The notes under the pieces: generated by a model
What the model saw: the letters and a program-made list of their open reading frames with translations, nothing else
Databases searched by the model: none
What the model was told of the DNA's origin: nothing
Program-made: the position numbers and the translations under genes
Origin: a virus
Taxonomy: Duplodnaviria; Caudoviricetes
Virus record (IMG/VR): IMGVR_UViG_3300036760_000561
Span: 1 to 58,728 of that record
Length of the DNA stretch: 58,728 nucleotides
Strand: one strand, 5' to 3'
Part shown: in pieces, positions 19,929 to 29,005 of the stretch
How the letters are laid out: the number at the start of each line of letters is the position of its first letter
Numbering within the stretch: position 1 is the stretch's first letter

Positions 19929-20384
19929 TCAAATACTGTTGTACGAGTCGGCATACCACGCGACCGTGACAGGCACCTGCACGGTATCCGTCGTTGTCTG
20001 ATTCCCAGATCGTGCAACTCGTCGTACCGTGACCACTAACCCGCTGTAAGTGATCTGTGTATTCGGGGTAAAGCGTTCCATCACATTGCCCGCCATCGTG
20101 TCCACATCCACCGTGGGCTTCAAGACGAAGCTTTTGGGATTAGACAGGGCAAAGCAATCCACCAAATACAGCCCTTCGTGCCGAATCCGCCCTTGCGGTC
20201 CAAGTGTCTGCAACAAACTGGTCTGCGGTTTCAGTGTCTCCCGAAACCATTTCCCTTCGTCGGGCGGTGTAAACTCGCGCCCCTCCCAACTAATCTGGGT
20301 GTCGTCGCCGTCCACACCCGACATCGCCAACAGCCATTGCCGCAGCGCAGCGCGGATGGTCAGATGAGTCGTATTCTGCGCCAT
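19929..20384 (-). CDS. Tail terminator-like protein
   Basis: ISWEGREFTPP...RHEGLYLVDCF; position. Confidence 0.7.
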   Translation of the reverse strand: MAQNTTHLTIRAALRQWLLAMSGVDGDDTQISWEGREFTPPDEGKWFRETLKPQTSLLQTLGPQGRIRHEGLYLVDCFALSNPKSFVLKPTVDVDTMAGNVMERFTPNTQITYSGLVVTVRRVARSGNQTTTDTVQVPVTVAWYADSYNSI

Positions 20385-20864
20385 CTAGCGCCTCGCCGCC
20401 CGGGCGGCAGCAATGGCGTCAGACATCATATGCCGAACGCCATCAAACGCCAAACGAATCATGCCGTGGGGTGCCTGTGCTTGTGAATGACCAAACTCCA
20501 AGGATCGCATGTATGCACAATTCGAGAAAATCCCAATGCGATCACCAAGTTTCGCTCCGACTAGCTTCGGGGCGTCGTCTGGCCCGGTAGCATTGCGTAC
20601 ATAGTCGCCCTTTTTCGCCGTTTTGGCATCCGGATTCACAGACGACTGCACTGGTCCACTGTCCCCATTCAGCGAAATCCACCAACTCGCTCTTGCGTAT
20701 CCCGTATCGATCGGCGTTCCTACTGAGTATCTCCCGCCGATAGTTAAGTTTTCTGCAACGGCAAAACCAACATCGCGCAATACGGTAGTGAGATTTTCTT
20801 CCAAAATCTCTTTTCTCAACTCGACTTCTCGCACGAAGTCGTCCACCCCCGTAACCCGAATCAC
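20385..20864 (-). CDS. Tail completion/neck protein (HK97 gp10-like)
   Basis: TPIDTGYARASW...YMRSLEFGHS...QAPHGMIR; GTG start overlaps upstream stop. Confidence 0.75.
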   Translation of the reverse strand: MIRVTGVDDFVREVELRKEILEENLTTVLRDVGFAVAENLTIGGRYSVGTPIDTGYARASWWISLNGDSGPVQSSVNPDAKTAKKGDYVRNATGPDDAPKLVGAKLGDRIGIFSNCAYMRSLEFGHSQAQAPHGMIRLAFDGVRHMMSDAIAAARAARR

Positions 20865-21223
20865 AATTGCGCTTTTGCCCGATACATAATCGGAGTCCCG
20901 TTCGGGGCAATTGGAGTGGCGTCGGTTACGGTCCAGGTGTCGTTGCCGTCCACAATCTTGCACGTTCCGTCCACTTCAAACAGCAGCCCCTTGGCCGGAA
21001 TCAGAAACGTTGCCGTCTTATTTGACTCCAACGTTTCTCCCGATCGATTCGCTGCTATTCGCACTCGCACTATTTTCACCCTCATTTCCTGTTTGGCCCC
21101 CAGAACGGAGCTCTCCGTCACGGGGTCTGCCACTACCTGTTGTTTACTGACAGTAACCCGCTTCCCGTACTGAAAGAGAAGCCTGACAGCGAGACTAGCG
21201 TAACTGTCAGCGTAAGAAGTCAT
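20861..21223 (-). CDS. Head closure protein
   Basis: Size, position, IAPNGTPIMY. Confidence 0.6.
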   Translation of the reverse strand: MTSYADSYASLAVRLLFQYGKRVTVSKQQVVADPVTESSVLGAKQEMRVKIVRVRIAANRSGETLESNKTATFLIPAKGLLFEVDGTCKIVDGNDTWTVTDATPIAPNGTPIMYRAKAQL

Positions 21224-21777
21224 ACGTTGTCAAACGTCCCCGACACAAACTCTGACGGCATCTCCGGAGAACTGGAGAAGGGAAGAATCGGATCAGTGGG
21301 AAGCCGAAGAAGAGGAGCGATCATTCCGTCCACTGCCTGAATTATCGCATAGACGGAAAATCCGGGAAAATAGCTGACACTGAGAGCATCAACCGATTCG
21401 CTCTGAACTCCGCCCCCATGAGAGAGATCGGGCGAAAGATCCTCAGTTAACGCTCTGGCGGCGAGATAGGACACGGCCTCCGCCACTCTCCACGGCACCA
21501 CGTTATCCGGAACGGCGGTTCCGTCCCGTTCCACTACTCCAGTTCGGGGCCACGGCATGGTCTGCGCGTACGTCTTTTTCGCCCCGATCCAACGATACCG
21601 ATGTTGATTGCGAACATAATCCGACGCCCGAATCAGACCTGTCTGCTTCACAATGTCATTTTCGGCGTCCCAATCAACCTGACCGCCGCGATCAGTCCAG
21701 TATGCCTTGGCTGCCGCCAATGACACCAAACTCGTGGCAGAAGAAAGTCCCGTCCCGTCTTCGACAACAAAGGCCAT
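21220..21777 (-). CDS. Head-tail adaptor (DnaT-like annotated family)
   Basis: MAFVVEDGTG...QTMPWPR...SESVDALSVSY. Confidence 0.75.
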   Translation of the reverse strand: MAFVVEDGTGLSSATSLVSLAAAKAYWTDRGGQVDWDAENDIVKQTGLIRASDYVRNQHRYRWIGAKKTYAQTMPWPRTGVVERDGTAVPDNVVPWRVAEAVSYLAARALTEDLSPDLSHGGGVQSESVDALSVSYFPGFSVYAIIQAVDGMIAPLLRLPTDPILPFSSSPEMPSEFVSGTFDNV

Positions 21778-21781
21778 TGAT

Positions 21782-21970
21782 CTACCCCTTGGTCGAAGTC
21801 TTCTTCTCCGCTATACCAGAATCAGGACGCTCCTCGTACTGCACGTCCCCGCTATGAAGACGGTTGACCAAAGTTCCCTCTGGCCAACCGTTCGCCACAA
21901 CTTCGTCATTCGGGTCGTATGACACCCCGAAAGAACTGAATGATCGTTTGGCAACCAGTCTGACCGACAT
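21782..21970 (-). CDS. Small hypothetical protein after major capsid gene
   Basis: ATG 1 nt after the MCP stop. Confidence 0.55.
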   Translation of the reverse strand: MSVRLVAKRSFSSFGVSYDPNDEVVANGWPEGTLVNRLHSGDVQYEERPDSGIAEKKTSTKG

Positions 21971-21971
21971 C

Positions 21972-22922
21972 TTAGGCAACCGCGCCGTTGAAGAAGTATC
22001 CGCAATCAGCAGACACCTTCGCATGGGCGTATGCCTGCTCGCCCTCAATCCGATCACTGGCGAGATGCTCCATCCGGAACCGCTTAATCCGGGACCCCAC
22101 AATGGACCCGGTGAGCCCGGACCACGAGAACGTGTAGCCAGCAGTCGGCGTCATGATGGACGGGGAGGGAGTGGTGTAGCAGAGCAGAGCATGCTTGCCC
22201 GCCGCGAAATCGGTGGTCTGCGTCGCGTTGCCCTCGACCGTGCTGGTGAACACGGATTCCGAGACCAGGATGCGCTCGACATCGAAGAACCCCGCGAGCA
22301 TGGCGGTGTTGATGGAATCAGACGAGGTGTACTTGAACTGATCCTTGACCGCCGTACACTGACGCAGAGCCGCGATCACCCGCGCCCCCAGCACCAGCGT
22401 ATTCGGCTTCTGCCCGGTGGTGGACAGAATCTTGAGCTTGCCGGTCTCGACATCGCCCAGCGGATTCGCCGTCGCGAAGGTTGACCACAGCACGCCGGGT
22501 GTGATGTCCGTTGTCCAGATGCCGGTGGTGAAATACGCCGCCATCCAACTCCGTTCTTTCCGGATCGCGAGCTTCTGGCTGACGAATTCGGTCGCCGCCC
22601 GGTCAAGCTGCAACACGCTGTCGGCGTTGGCCCGCAACTGGTCGTCCACGTCCTTGTGGAACGCTTCGACCTTGCAGTTGTACGAAGCCGTGCTGAGTCC
22701 GAACCCACCACCTGCCGATTCCGTTCCAGCAGCGCGTTGCTTCGCCTCGTCCCGGAGGAAATCTTCCTTGGAATAGATGTAATACAGGTCACTCTGCTTC
22801 ATCACCGGCACGGCGGGAAACACCTTGTCTGCGATGAATGCGTTTTGATCCAGCATCCACGCCACTGAAATGTTCGTCAATGGAGCGTTTACATGGACAT
22901 CGCCAGAAGTCGGTTGCGGCAT
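21972..22922 (-). CDS. Major capsid protein
   Basis: HVNAPLTNISVAW...FIADKVFPAVPV...GYFFNGAV; RBS AAGGAG. Confidence 0.9.
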   Translation of the reverse strand: MPQPTSGDVHVNAPLTNISVAWMLDQNAFIADKVFPAVPVMKQSDLYYIYSKEDFLRDEAKQRAAGTESAGGGFGLSTASYNCKVEAFHKDVDDQLRANADSVLQLDRAATEFVSQKLAIRKERSWMAAYFTTGIWTTDITPGVLWSTFATANPLGDVETGKLKILSTTGQKPNTLVLGARVIAALRQCTAVKDQFKYTSSDSINTAMLAGFFDVERILVSESVFTSTVEGNATQTTDFAAGKHALLCYTTPSPSIMTPTAGYTFSWSGLTGSIVGSRIKRFRMEHLASDRIEGEQAYAHAKVSADCGYFFNGAVA

Positions 22923-22956
22923 GGAATTCTCTCCTTAAAGAGTCGTCGGGGCGGGA

Positions 22957-23334
22957 TTAAACAATCCCGGCTCCACAGGTGATATACGCAGTCACGATGT
23001 CGCCGTCGGCCCCAGCCGCTTCCATTGCCCAGCCGATCTTCGCTGATCCCGCCGTTGCGGCGGTCGCCGCCTTGCCGGTCGTTGCGGTCATGAGCATTGC
23101 ACCCAACGCAAAGGCCGCGTTGGCTTTGATTTTGGTGACCCCGAGTGTCATCACTTCCGCGACGAGGCCGGAGGTCGGCTTGTTCTGCAACACACCGAAA
23201 ACGGTCTCGCCCAACGCGGTGCAGGCGATCACGGTGCCACCCGCCCCGATCTTCACCAGTGTGTACTGCAAGGCCGACAGATCGGCCCCCGCGAGGAGGG
23301 TTCCAACAGAAAATCCGGGTTGTTCGGTTGCCAT
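22957..23334 (-). CDS. Capsid decoration/cement protein (DUF2190-like)
   Basis: AGADLSALQY...GVLQNKP...AMEAAGADGDIV; upstream of MCP. Confidence 0.75.
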   Translation of the reverse strand: MATEQPGFSVGTLLAGADLSALQYTLVKIGAGGTVIACTALGETVFGVLQNKPTSGLVAEVMTLGVTKIKANAAFALGAMLMTATTGKAATAATAGSAKIGWAMEAAGADGDIVTAYITCGAGIV

Positions 23335-23346
23335 GTGATTGTCTCC

Positions 23347-24216
23347 TTACTTCGTGAGTGACTGTTCGTAGAGGGAAGGATCCATCTCGAATACCTTCCG
23401 AATGGCCTGTGCTTCGGTCATTTTGGAGTCGGACTTTCTGATCTCGCTGGCCTTGGCCGAGACCGCATCCCCGACGCTAACCCCAATCTTGCCGTACTTG
23501 CCGATCTCGGTGGTGAGAGCAGCGGCGGTTTCACGGGCCTTCTGGAGAATCGGAGTCAAAGCGGCTTCCACTTCAGGACCCATCTGCAAAACCTTGGCCA
23601 ACTCCTCCGGGTTACCCGGCATTCCGCCCAGCAACTCCTTCGCCTTCTCCACCGCCACGCGATTTCTTTCGGCGGTTTCAAACTTGGCGATCCGCTCATT
23701 GGCAGCTTTGGCCACGGCGGTTGCTTCGGCGGCTTCGGCTCCCGCCTTGGCAATGGCCTGCTCTGCCCGTCGTACAGTGTCTTCCGCCTTGGCAATAGCC
23801 TGTTTCATGATCTTCCCCTTGTTGGATTTGTCCTTGTCGCCTTCGTCGGTCTCCTCGGTTTCACTGGTGTCCTCATCGCCCTCAGGAGGAGTTTCTTCAC
23901 CCTCGTCATCCTCCTCATCGTTCAAGAAAGCGGGCTTCTCCTTCTTCACTTCGGATGAGAGGTGTTTCTCCAGTCTGGCCACATCCTCATCCAGAGCCTT
24001 GAGAACTTCTTCATCAGTGGAGAGAATTGTTCCGTCTCCCTTTTTCCCCACGGCCACGGTGCGAAGAGCGGACCTGAGCGCCCCAATGAACCCCTTGATT
24101 GCTGCCATGTGCGGCTCCTGTTCTGACTTGTAGACAAGAATGCGGGCACCTTTATTAGCGCCACGCTTGGCAAAACTGATTTCCCTAACGGAAAGATTCT
24201 TCAGTCGAGTGGCCAT
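23347..24216 (-). CDS. Scaffold protein with N-terminal protease-like segment
   Basis: LKNLSVREISFAKRGAN N-terminus, acidic linker, coiled coil. Confidence 0.75.
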   Translation of the reverse strand: MATRLKNLSVREISFAKRGANKGARILVYKSEQEPHMAAIKGFIGALRSALRTVAVGKKGDGTILSTDEEVLKALDEDVARLEKHLSSEVKKEKPAFLNDEEDDEGEETPPEGDEDTSETEETDEGDKDKSNKGKIMKQAIAKAEDTVRRAEQAIAKAGAEAAEATAVAKAANERIAKFETAERNRVAVEKAKELLGGMPGNPEELAKVLQMGPEVEAALTPILQKARETAAALTTEIGKYGKIGVSVGDAVSAKASEIRKSDSKMTEAQAIRKVFEMDPSLYEQSLTK

Positions 24217-24255
24217 GAAGCCCTAACAAGGACGCGAGAAAACATCAATCCAAAT

Positions 24256-24288
24256 TGAAAAGTAAGACCATCAATCCGTTGACACAAG
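24256..24288 (-). promoter_or_regulatory. Putative late promoter motif (copy 1)
   Basis: CTTGTG...TTGATG-N5-ACTTTTCA, shared with 32135-32165. Confidence 0.5.
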
Positions 24289-24299
24289 TTTTTGGCTAT

Positions 24300-25853
24300 C
24301 TAGTGGATTCTGACGGATTTCCGGGCGAATCGGTATAGATAGGCTTTGATACCACTTCCGCCAGAATGTCCTCCACTTCCACGGGAACGGAAAGGTCTCC
24401 ATTGCCGGGATGAGAGAGTGTTCTCTTCCACAACGACCGGATGCGTTCCAGAGTTGTCGTATCGGACATAACCATGAGCCATCTCCTTTACTTTTTGAAA
24501 TGTGGCAGCGGGTTTACTGTCTACTGTCACTAGGGTGTATTGGGGAGAGACAAATCTGCCGGTGGGAGCCTTTTTCCATCGCGATATAGTCCGCTGTACT
24601 GCTGTTTCCAAGGGGACGTGCACCTCATGCACAAATACCCGGTATCCCCGATTCCGAGCAGCCTTAATCAATTGTTCAATCTTGCTAGCCGTTTTCCCCG
24701 TCATCGGGGCCACCACATTAGCTCCTTGATGCAGAGCCCTATCCATAATAGATCCGGCCAACATGGAGGATTCTTCGTGTACAATTGCCGATCCACGTCC
24801 TCCGTCGTTCTCCGGGATTCGATCTTTGAATTCGTCAGGGTCCACCAATACCGCTGATCTCAAGGCAATCAGAGGATTAGCTACCTGAGTGGATTTTCCC
24901 GTTCCGGGTCCGCCCAAAACCAGATCTAGTATCCTCTGATTTCGAACTCCCCCTTGTGTTTGTTTGGCCCACTCGTCATCCACCCATCCAGCTCTCATTG
25001 CATGGCGCTCTTCGGTGTCTATGTGAGCTGTGATGGTGTGGCTCTTGAAATACCCCTCCTCGTCCTGCTGAATTTTCAGTATTTCCGGAGTTTCGTATTT
25101 CTTGAACAACGCCGCTATAACTTCTGCTTTCTCTTCTCCCACAGTCGGGGCATCGGCAAATCGGCCCCCGCCTTCCCCTGAGAGGACACGGGGATGTTGC
25201 GATTCGTTCCATTCTTTGACAACTCTGTTCAAACGGTCTCGAAGTTTTCCCCACCAATTTCGTTTAACCCGCGATCGAGTGGGAGACCACTCAATGCCCG
25301 GGGTGTGGGTATCGACAAGACCCGGATCATCCTTTGTCAAATCGAATATCGGTTCCCTAGTTGCGACTCCCCCGATGCTGAACCCTTGATATTCACCAGA
25401 TTTTACTTTGCTCCATACCCCATCATCCCTAACGTACACCGTCCCCATCCATCCAGTTGGAGTATCGGGAGGAAGGCCAAGGGTCTTTTTAACCCCCTTC
25501 GTCACTACCAACGATTCCACTACAGTACCTACCACTCGGGGCTCACCGTCCGCCCCTTTCATGTGGACTTCTCCGGCATCCCGATAATTCGTCATGAAGT
25601 TATGGGCGGTCTTAACCAACATGTCCTCGTCTATCACATCCCCCTGTGAATCCACATGCGGGGAACCATCCGAATTGGTAATCACCGAAAACCAACCGGT
25701 AACCAGACGCTGCTCCGCATCCACTTTGCGGACTGTACCGCCCCGCAACACCTCAAGAATGTGCGGGGTGGGTTCGCTCTTTCTGTCGGCGTCTTTCGAC
25801 TCCCACACCAGATCGCCCGGTTCCCACACGAATCTGTCAGTTGTAGTAGTCAT
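24300..25853 (-). CDS. XkdF-like prohead protease fused to zeta-toxin-like P-loop kinase
   Basis: QRLVTGW...DSQGD...H...VKSGEYQGFSIGG; then GGPGTGKST...DPDEFK...VHEESS. Confidence 0.85.
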   Translation of the reverse strand: MTTTTDRFVWEPGDLVWESKDADRKSEPTPHILEVLRGGTVRKVDAEQRLVTGWFSVITNSDGSPHVDSQGDVIDEDMLVKTAHNFMTNYRDAGEVHMKGADGEPRVVGTVVESLVVTKGVKKTLGLPPDTPTGWMGTVYVRDDGVWSKVKSGEYQGFSIGGVATREPIFDLTKDDPGLVDTHTPGIEWSPTRSRVKRNWWGKLRDRLNRVVKEWNESQHPRVLSGEGGGRFADAPTVGEEKAEVIAALFKKYETPEILKIQQDEEGYFKSHTITAHIDTEERHAMRAGWVDDEWAKQTQGGVRNQRILDLVLGGPGTGKSTQVANPLIALRSAVLVDPDEFKDRIPENDGGRGSAIVHEESSMLAGSIMDRALHQGANVVAPMTGKTASKIEQLIKAARNRGYRVFVHEVHVPLETAVQRTISRWKKAPTGRFVSPQYTLVTVDSKPAATFQKVKEMAHGYVRYDNSGTHPVVVEENTLSSRQWRPFRSRGSGGHSGGSGIKAYLYRFARKSVRIH

Positions 25854-26142
25854 CAGGGCACCACCTCCGCATCGACCATGATACCACTTGTGAAGCCAGC
25901 GGTTTTCACGCCTTTCACACCGGTTATCCTAAATCTGGTGCCGGGTTTTAGAATGAATTCATTCTTCACAAAGTAATTGGCCCCGGAACCACGCAACACC
26001 GCATTAGTCCAAATTCCTTGGGTGCCCTTGGGAACAGTAATTCTCATGTGAGTTGTCACACCCCCCTTGTAGGCTCTTTTGGCCCATCCTCTAGATTGTT
26101 CGGGCGAAATAGTGGTGGACATGAATCCTTTATCCCCCCCCC
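25853..26142 (-). CDS. C-terminal half of a VIP2-like ADP-ribosyltransferase domain, out of frame at G9
   Basis: DKGFMSTT...MRITVPKG...NEFILKPGTRFRI. Confidence 0.75.
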
Positions 26143-27348
26143 AACTGTACCGAGGCGTGTTCCCCACTCTTGTAGCACTTGATCCACCGTAACCTGATAC
26201 TTCTCCCCCGGCATCTTTAAAGCACCGTGAGAATTGTTGATGGCCCGATATACTACAATGGGACGGGTTAATGGGGGAGAATCTCTTATCAACTGTCGAA
26301 GCTCCTGTTTGGCATCCCCCAATTTTTCAGCATCGTCGGGATTCCACAGTATCGAGTCTTTGTAATGCTGAGCATCGGTGGCAGTTCGTAAACTCCCATT
26401 GATCAACCTATTTCCGTCCCCCATGTACGCCATAACTGCTTCCTGTTCTTCGTCAGTCACACCCACGCCGTGTCTCCACATCGCGTTTAAATGCCCGATT
26501 GTCCCCTGAGGCGACATCATCGGCTCATCCGTCACACTCGCGACATCTGTAATGCTTGGGACACCAGCGGCACTAACAAATCTGCCGCCTCCCGATGCGC
26601 CCCCGTCTTGACGGGGGTGAAGAGATTCCTCCCACTCCTTGCCCACCTTGGTAGAGGGGGGACGATACCACGACCCGAAAGACTGCGGGCGGTATCCTCT
26701 TTTCGAGCTGGCGGGGATGAATCCCAGACTCCTGTAAAATCTATGCAGAGCCGCTCGTTTCCGTGGAGTCTCCGATTCCGGACTTAACGTAACCGTCAGT
26801 CCTTTTTGATCGGCCCAATCCGTAACTTTCGTCATCATGCGATGGCCGTGTCCTTTACCACGTTCCGCTTTGGGCACCACGATATTAGCTACATGCGGCT
26901 CTCCGTTGGCAATCATCAACTCCAGACTGGAACCCGGGGGCGACTCATCACGGATGGACTGAGCGAGAGACTCCACTTCTTCGTCCAATGCGGCGGATTT
27001 GTTGCGAGTACGTGATTGCCAAAATGCGGTTCCCGCCTCCGTCTGATGGACTGGACTAGGACGGAGAGTTTGCCTTGTTTCCCGCTCCATGTGGTCATAC
27101 AATTGTGTTCCTAACCCCTGTCTACGACGTTCCGGTTTTACATGGAAATCCACGGCGTAGTCCCCGACACCGATCTTCTCGCCTTTTTCATCATACTTCC
27201 CCGCCAGCCGTGCCGAAGCGACGACTTCGTTGCCTTCACGCATCTCGAATTCACCGAGAGAGGTTTGCACAAAAGAGAACTTCCCTCCCTCATCACGAGG
27301 ATGAAGAGATTCCTCCCATTTTCGCACCGCAGCAAATAATGACGTCAA
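26056..27348 (-). CDS. GNAT-GNAT-ART(N-half) multidomain effector
   Basis: RRQGLGTQLY and RGKGHG...FYRSLGF GNAT motifs; AYMGDGNRLINGSLR...VVYRA ART motif; TTG start at 27348 inferred (track start 27378). Confidence 0.8.
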   Translation of the reverse strand: MTSLFAAVRKWEESLHPRDEGGKFSFVQTSLGEFEMREGNEVVASARLAGKYDEKGEKIGVGDYAVDFHVKPERRRQGLGTQLYDHMERETRQTLRPSPVHQTEAGTAFWQSRTRNKSAALDEEVESLAQSIRDESPPGSSLELMIANGEPHVANIVVPKAERGKGHGHRMMTKVTDWADQKGLTVTLSPESETPRKRAALHRFYRSLGFIPASSKRGYRPQSFGSWYRPPSTKVGKEWEESLHPRQDGGASGGGRFVSAAGVPSITDVASVTDEPMMSPQGTIGHLNAMWRHGVGVTDEEQEAVMAYMGDGNRLINGSLRTATDAQHYKDSILWNPDDAEKLGDAKQELRQLIRDSPPLTRPIVVYRAINNSHGALKMPGEKYQVTVDQVLQEWGTRLGTVGGGIKDSCPPLFRPNNLEDGPKEPTRGV

Positions 27349-27668
27349 GAACCCACCTTTTGCTTGGTGTCCAACCAAACGAATTCACCAGGGGGAAAGT
27401 GATCTTTGCAACGAACGCAAAACAACGCCCGATAGAACGATGGGTCGTGTGCCATCGTTTCTGCAATGGCGGAATGAATTCGAGTTACTGTGAAGCAGTC
27501 CATGTGCCGGTATTCTCGACGCACCGGACGCACCGGGTCTTTTTGTCGTTCTGCCTTGTCCAGCACCCAATAGTCTTTGTACATCCCGTCGGACAGTCGC
27601 GTCATGTCGGGACACGGAACGTCCCAGCCGTCGGGCGGGGGATCGTTGAATAGAGGAACTCGTGCCAT
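27345..27668 (-). CDS. Conserved-looking phage Zn-binding hypothetical protein
   Basis: VRPVRREYRH..C...AET...FY..LFCVRCKDHFP..EFVW. Confidence 0.65.
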   Translation of the reverse strand: MARVPLFNDPPPDGWDVPCPDMTRLSDGMYKDYWVLDKAERQKDPVRPVRREYRHMDCFTVTRIHSAIAETMAHDPSFYRALFCVRCKDHFPPGEFVWLDTKQKVGS

Positions 27669-27788
27669 AGAAACGCCCCCTCCCCTGAACCCTTATAAGC
27701 TTCGGTTTCTCTTGAATTTGAGTCTAGCCCTGTTGTCGAGTGCCGATTGCGTTATGTGACGTGCTCTCTCGGCTCTGGCCTCTTTGCT

Positions 27789-27917
27789 CTACACGACGGG
27801 TTCGGATTCTGAGGAACTTCCCCCGCCTCCGTTGTCGAATTTCCCGTCATCATCACGTGGGTGTGAGGACTCGTCCCACTTTTTCACGATTAGGTCAAAC
27901 AGAGTTGGCTTTTTCAT
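27789..27917 (-). CDS. Short peptide carrying the W-x-ES-x-HPR tag
   Basis: MKKPTLFDLIVKKWDESSHPRDDDGKF; ATGA coupling to MuF; RBS GGAG. Confidence 0.65.
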   Translation of the reverse strand: MKKPTLFDLIVKKWDESSHPRDDDGKFDNGGGGSSSESEPVV

Positions 27918-29005
27918 GATCTCCCCGGTATTGGTTTGATGAAAGTGACGCAACGACAATTCACTCCATGTGGCGCTCCCCAAGTCTGCTCGCCAGAATC
28001 CGGGGCAACAAAGTAGTCGTCATACCTTACCACTTGACCATTCATCTGGCGATGATTATGGTCTAATCCGAACCCCAAGGTTTGTCTGACAACCCCCTTG
28101 GCGCTCACCGTAATTCCTGGCCGTACTCTCTCATCGTGAGCAGTCGCCCAGCGTTTTTGCACATTGCCGCTACTGATGGCCCCTCTTTCAATGGCTTGGT
28201 CCCATCCCGCCCGTTGTCCTTCTGCTTGCATAGCAAGCGATTCAGTGCGAGCGATGGTCTCAGCCCTGTACGCAAGATAGCGACTCTCGTATCTCTCAAC
28301 AAGAAAGTCGATCCGTTTGCTGTCCAACGGGATTCCCTCTCGAAGTGCCCGCTTTATCTCAGGATCGAATCGCCGGTCTCGGAGTGCCCGATTGAGTGTC
28401 TCAGAATCGCCAGTCTCCAGCATGGTACGGAAATTCCTCACCGCCTGCGCCTGCCGTTCAGTCAACCCGATGATGCCCCCGGTTCGTCGTCCATCTTCCC
28501 CCACTCGTCCCGCCAATTGCGTGATGAGTGAACGCGGGTTAACTCCGTTGTGAATCTGCTCCATAAGATAACTACGGATTCCTTGCCGGGTTGGTTCGGC
28601 TATTTCCCGAATCAGCCTCAGATCGTTGCGCTGAATTGCATCAAAAGTTCGAGGATTGGCTATGTTGAAACTAACGGCGACCACTGGACCGAGGCGATCA
28701 CTCCCCACAAAGATGGCGGCATCAGCCAGACTTTTAGCTCCCACGTGCATGAGAGCTTCCCGGGTAGAATGCACCAACGGTGCCCATATGTCTAGAGAAG
28801 CGGTTTGGGGACCCAGAATCAGGTCTGCGGCTTTAATTACGTCACCCTCCTCGATGGCCGCAATCAAAGCTCGTACGGGAATCTGATTCCTAATCTGATC
28901 CATAACGAGCATAAAAGCCCGCCTGATCGGGGGACTCATCCGGTCTGCCAGCTTGGTCAGCCGGTCCCATATCAGAGAAGTGGCTTTTTCTACAGTTTCT
29001 GTCAC
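27914..29005 (-). CDS. MuF-like minor head protein
   Basis: RAETIARTE...KRWATAHDERVR...H...NCRC. Confidence 0.9.
   Translation of the reverse strand: MTETVEKATSLIWDRLTKLADRMSPPIRRAFMLVMDQIRNQIPVRALIAAIEEGDVIKAADLILGPQTASLDIWAPLVHSTREALMHVGAKSLADAAIFVGSDRLGPVVAVSFNIANPRTFDAIQRNDLRLIREIAEPTRQGIRSYLMEQIHNGVNPRSLITQLAGRVGEDGRRTGGIIGLTERQAQAVRNFRTMLETGDSETLNRALRDRRFDPEIKRALREGIPLDSKRIDFLVERYESRYLAYRAETIARTESLAMQAEGQRAGWDQAIERGAISSGNVQKRWATAHDERVRPGITVSAKGVVRQTLGFGLDHNHRQMNGQVVRYDDYFVAPDSGEQTWGAPHGVNCRCVTFIKPIPGRS

Noticed and set aside
27789-27791. Genome-wide amber recoding
   Set aside because: Core genes are intact in the standard code, several end at TAG next to the following gene, and no suppressor tRNA was seen
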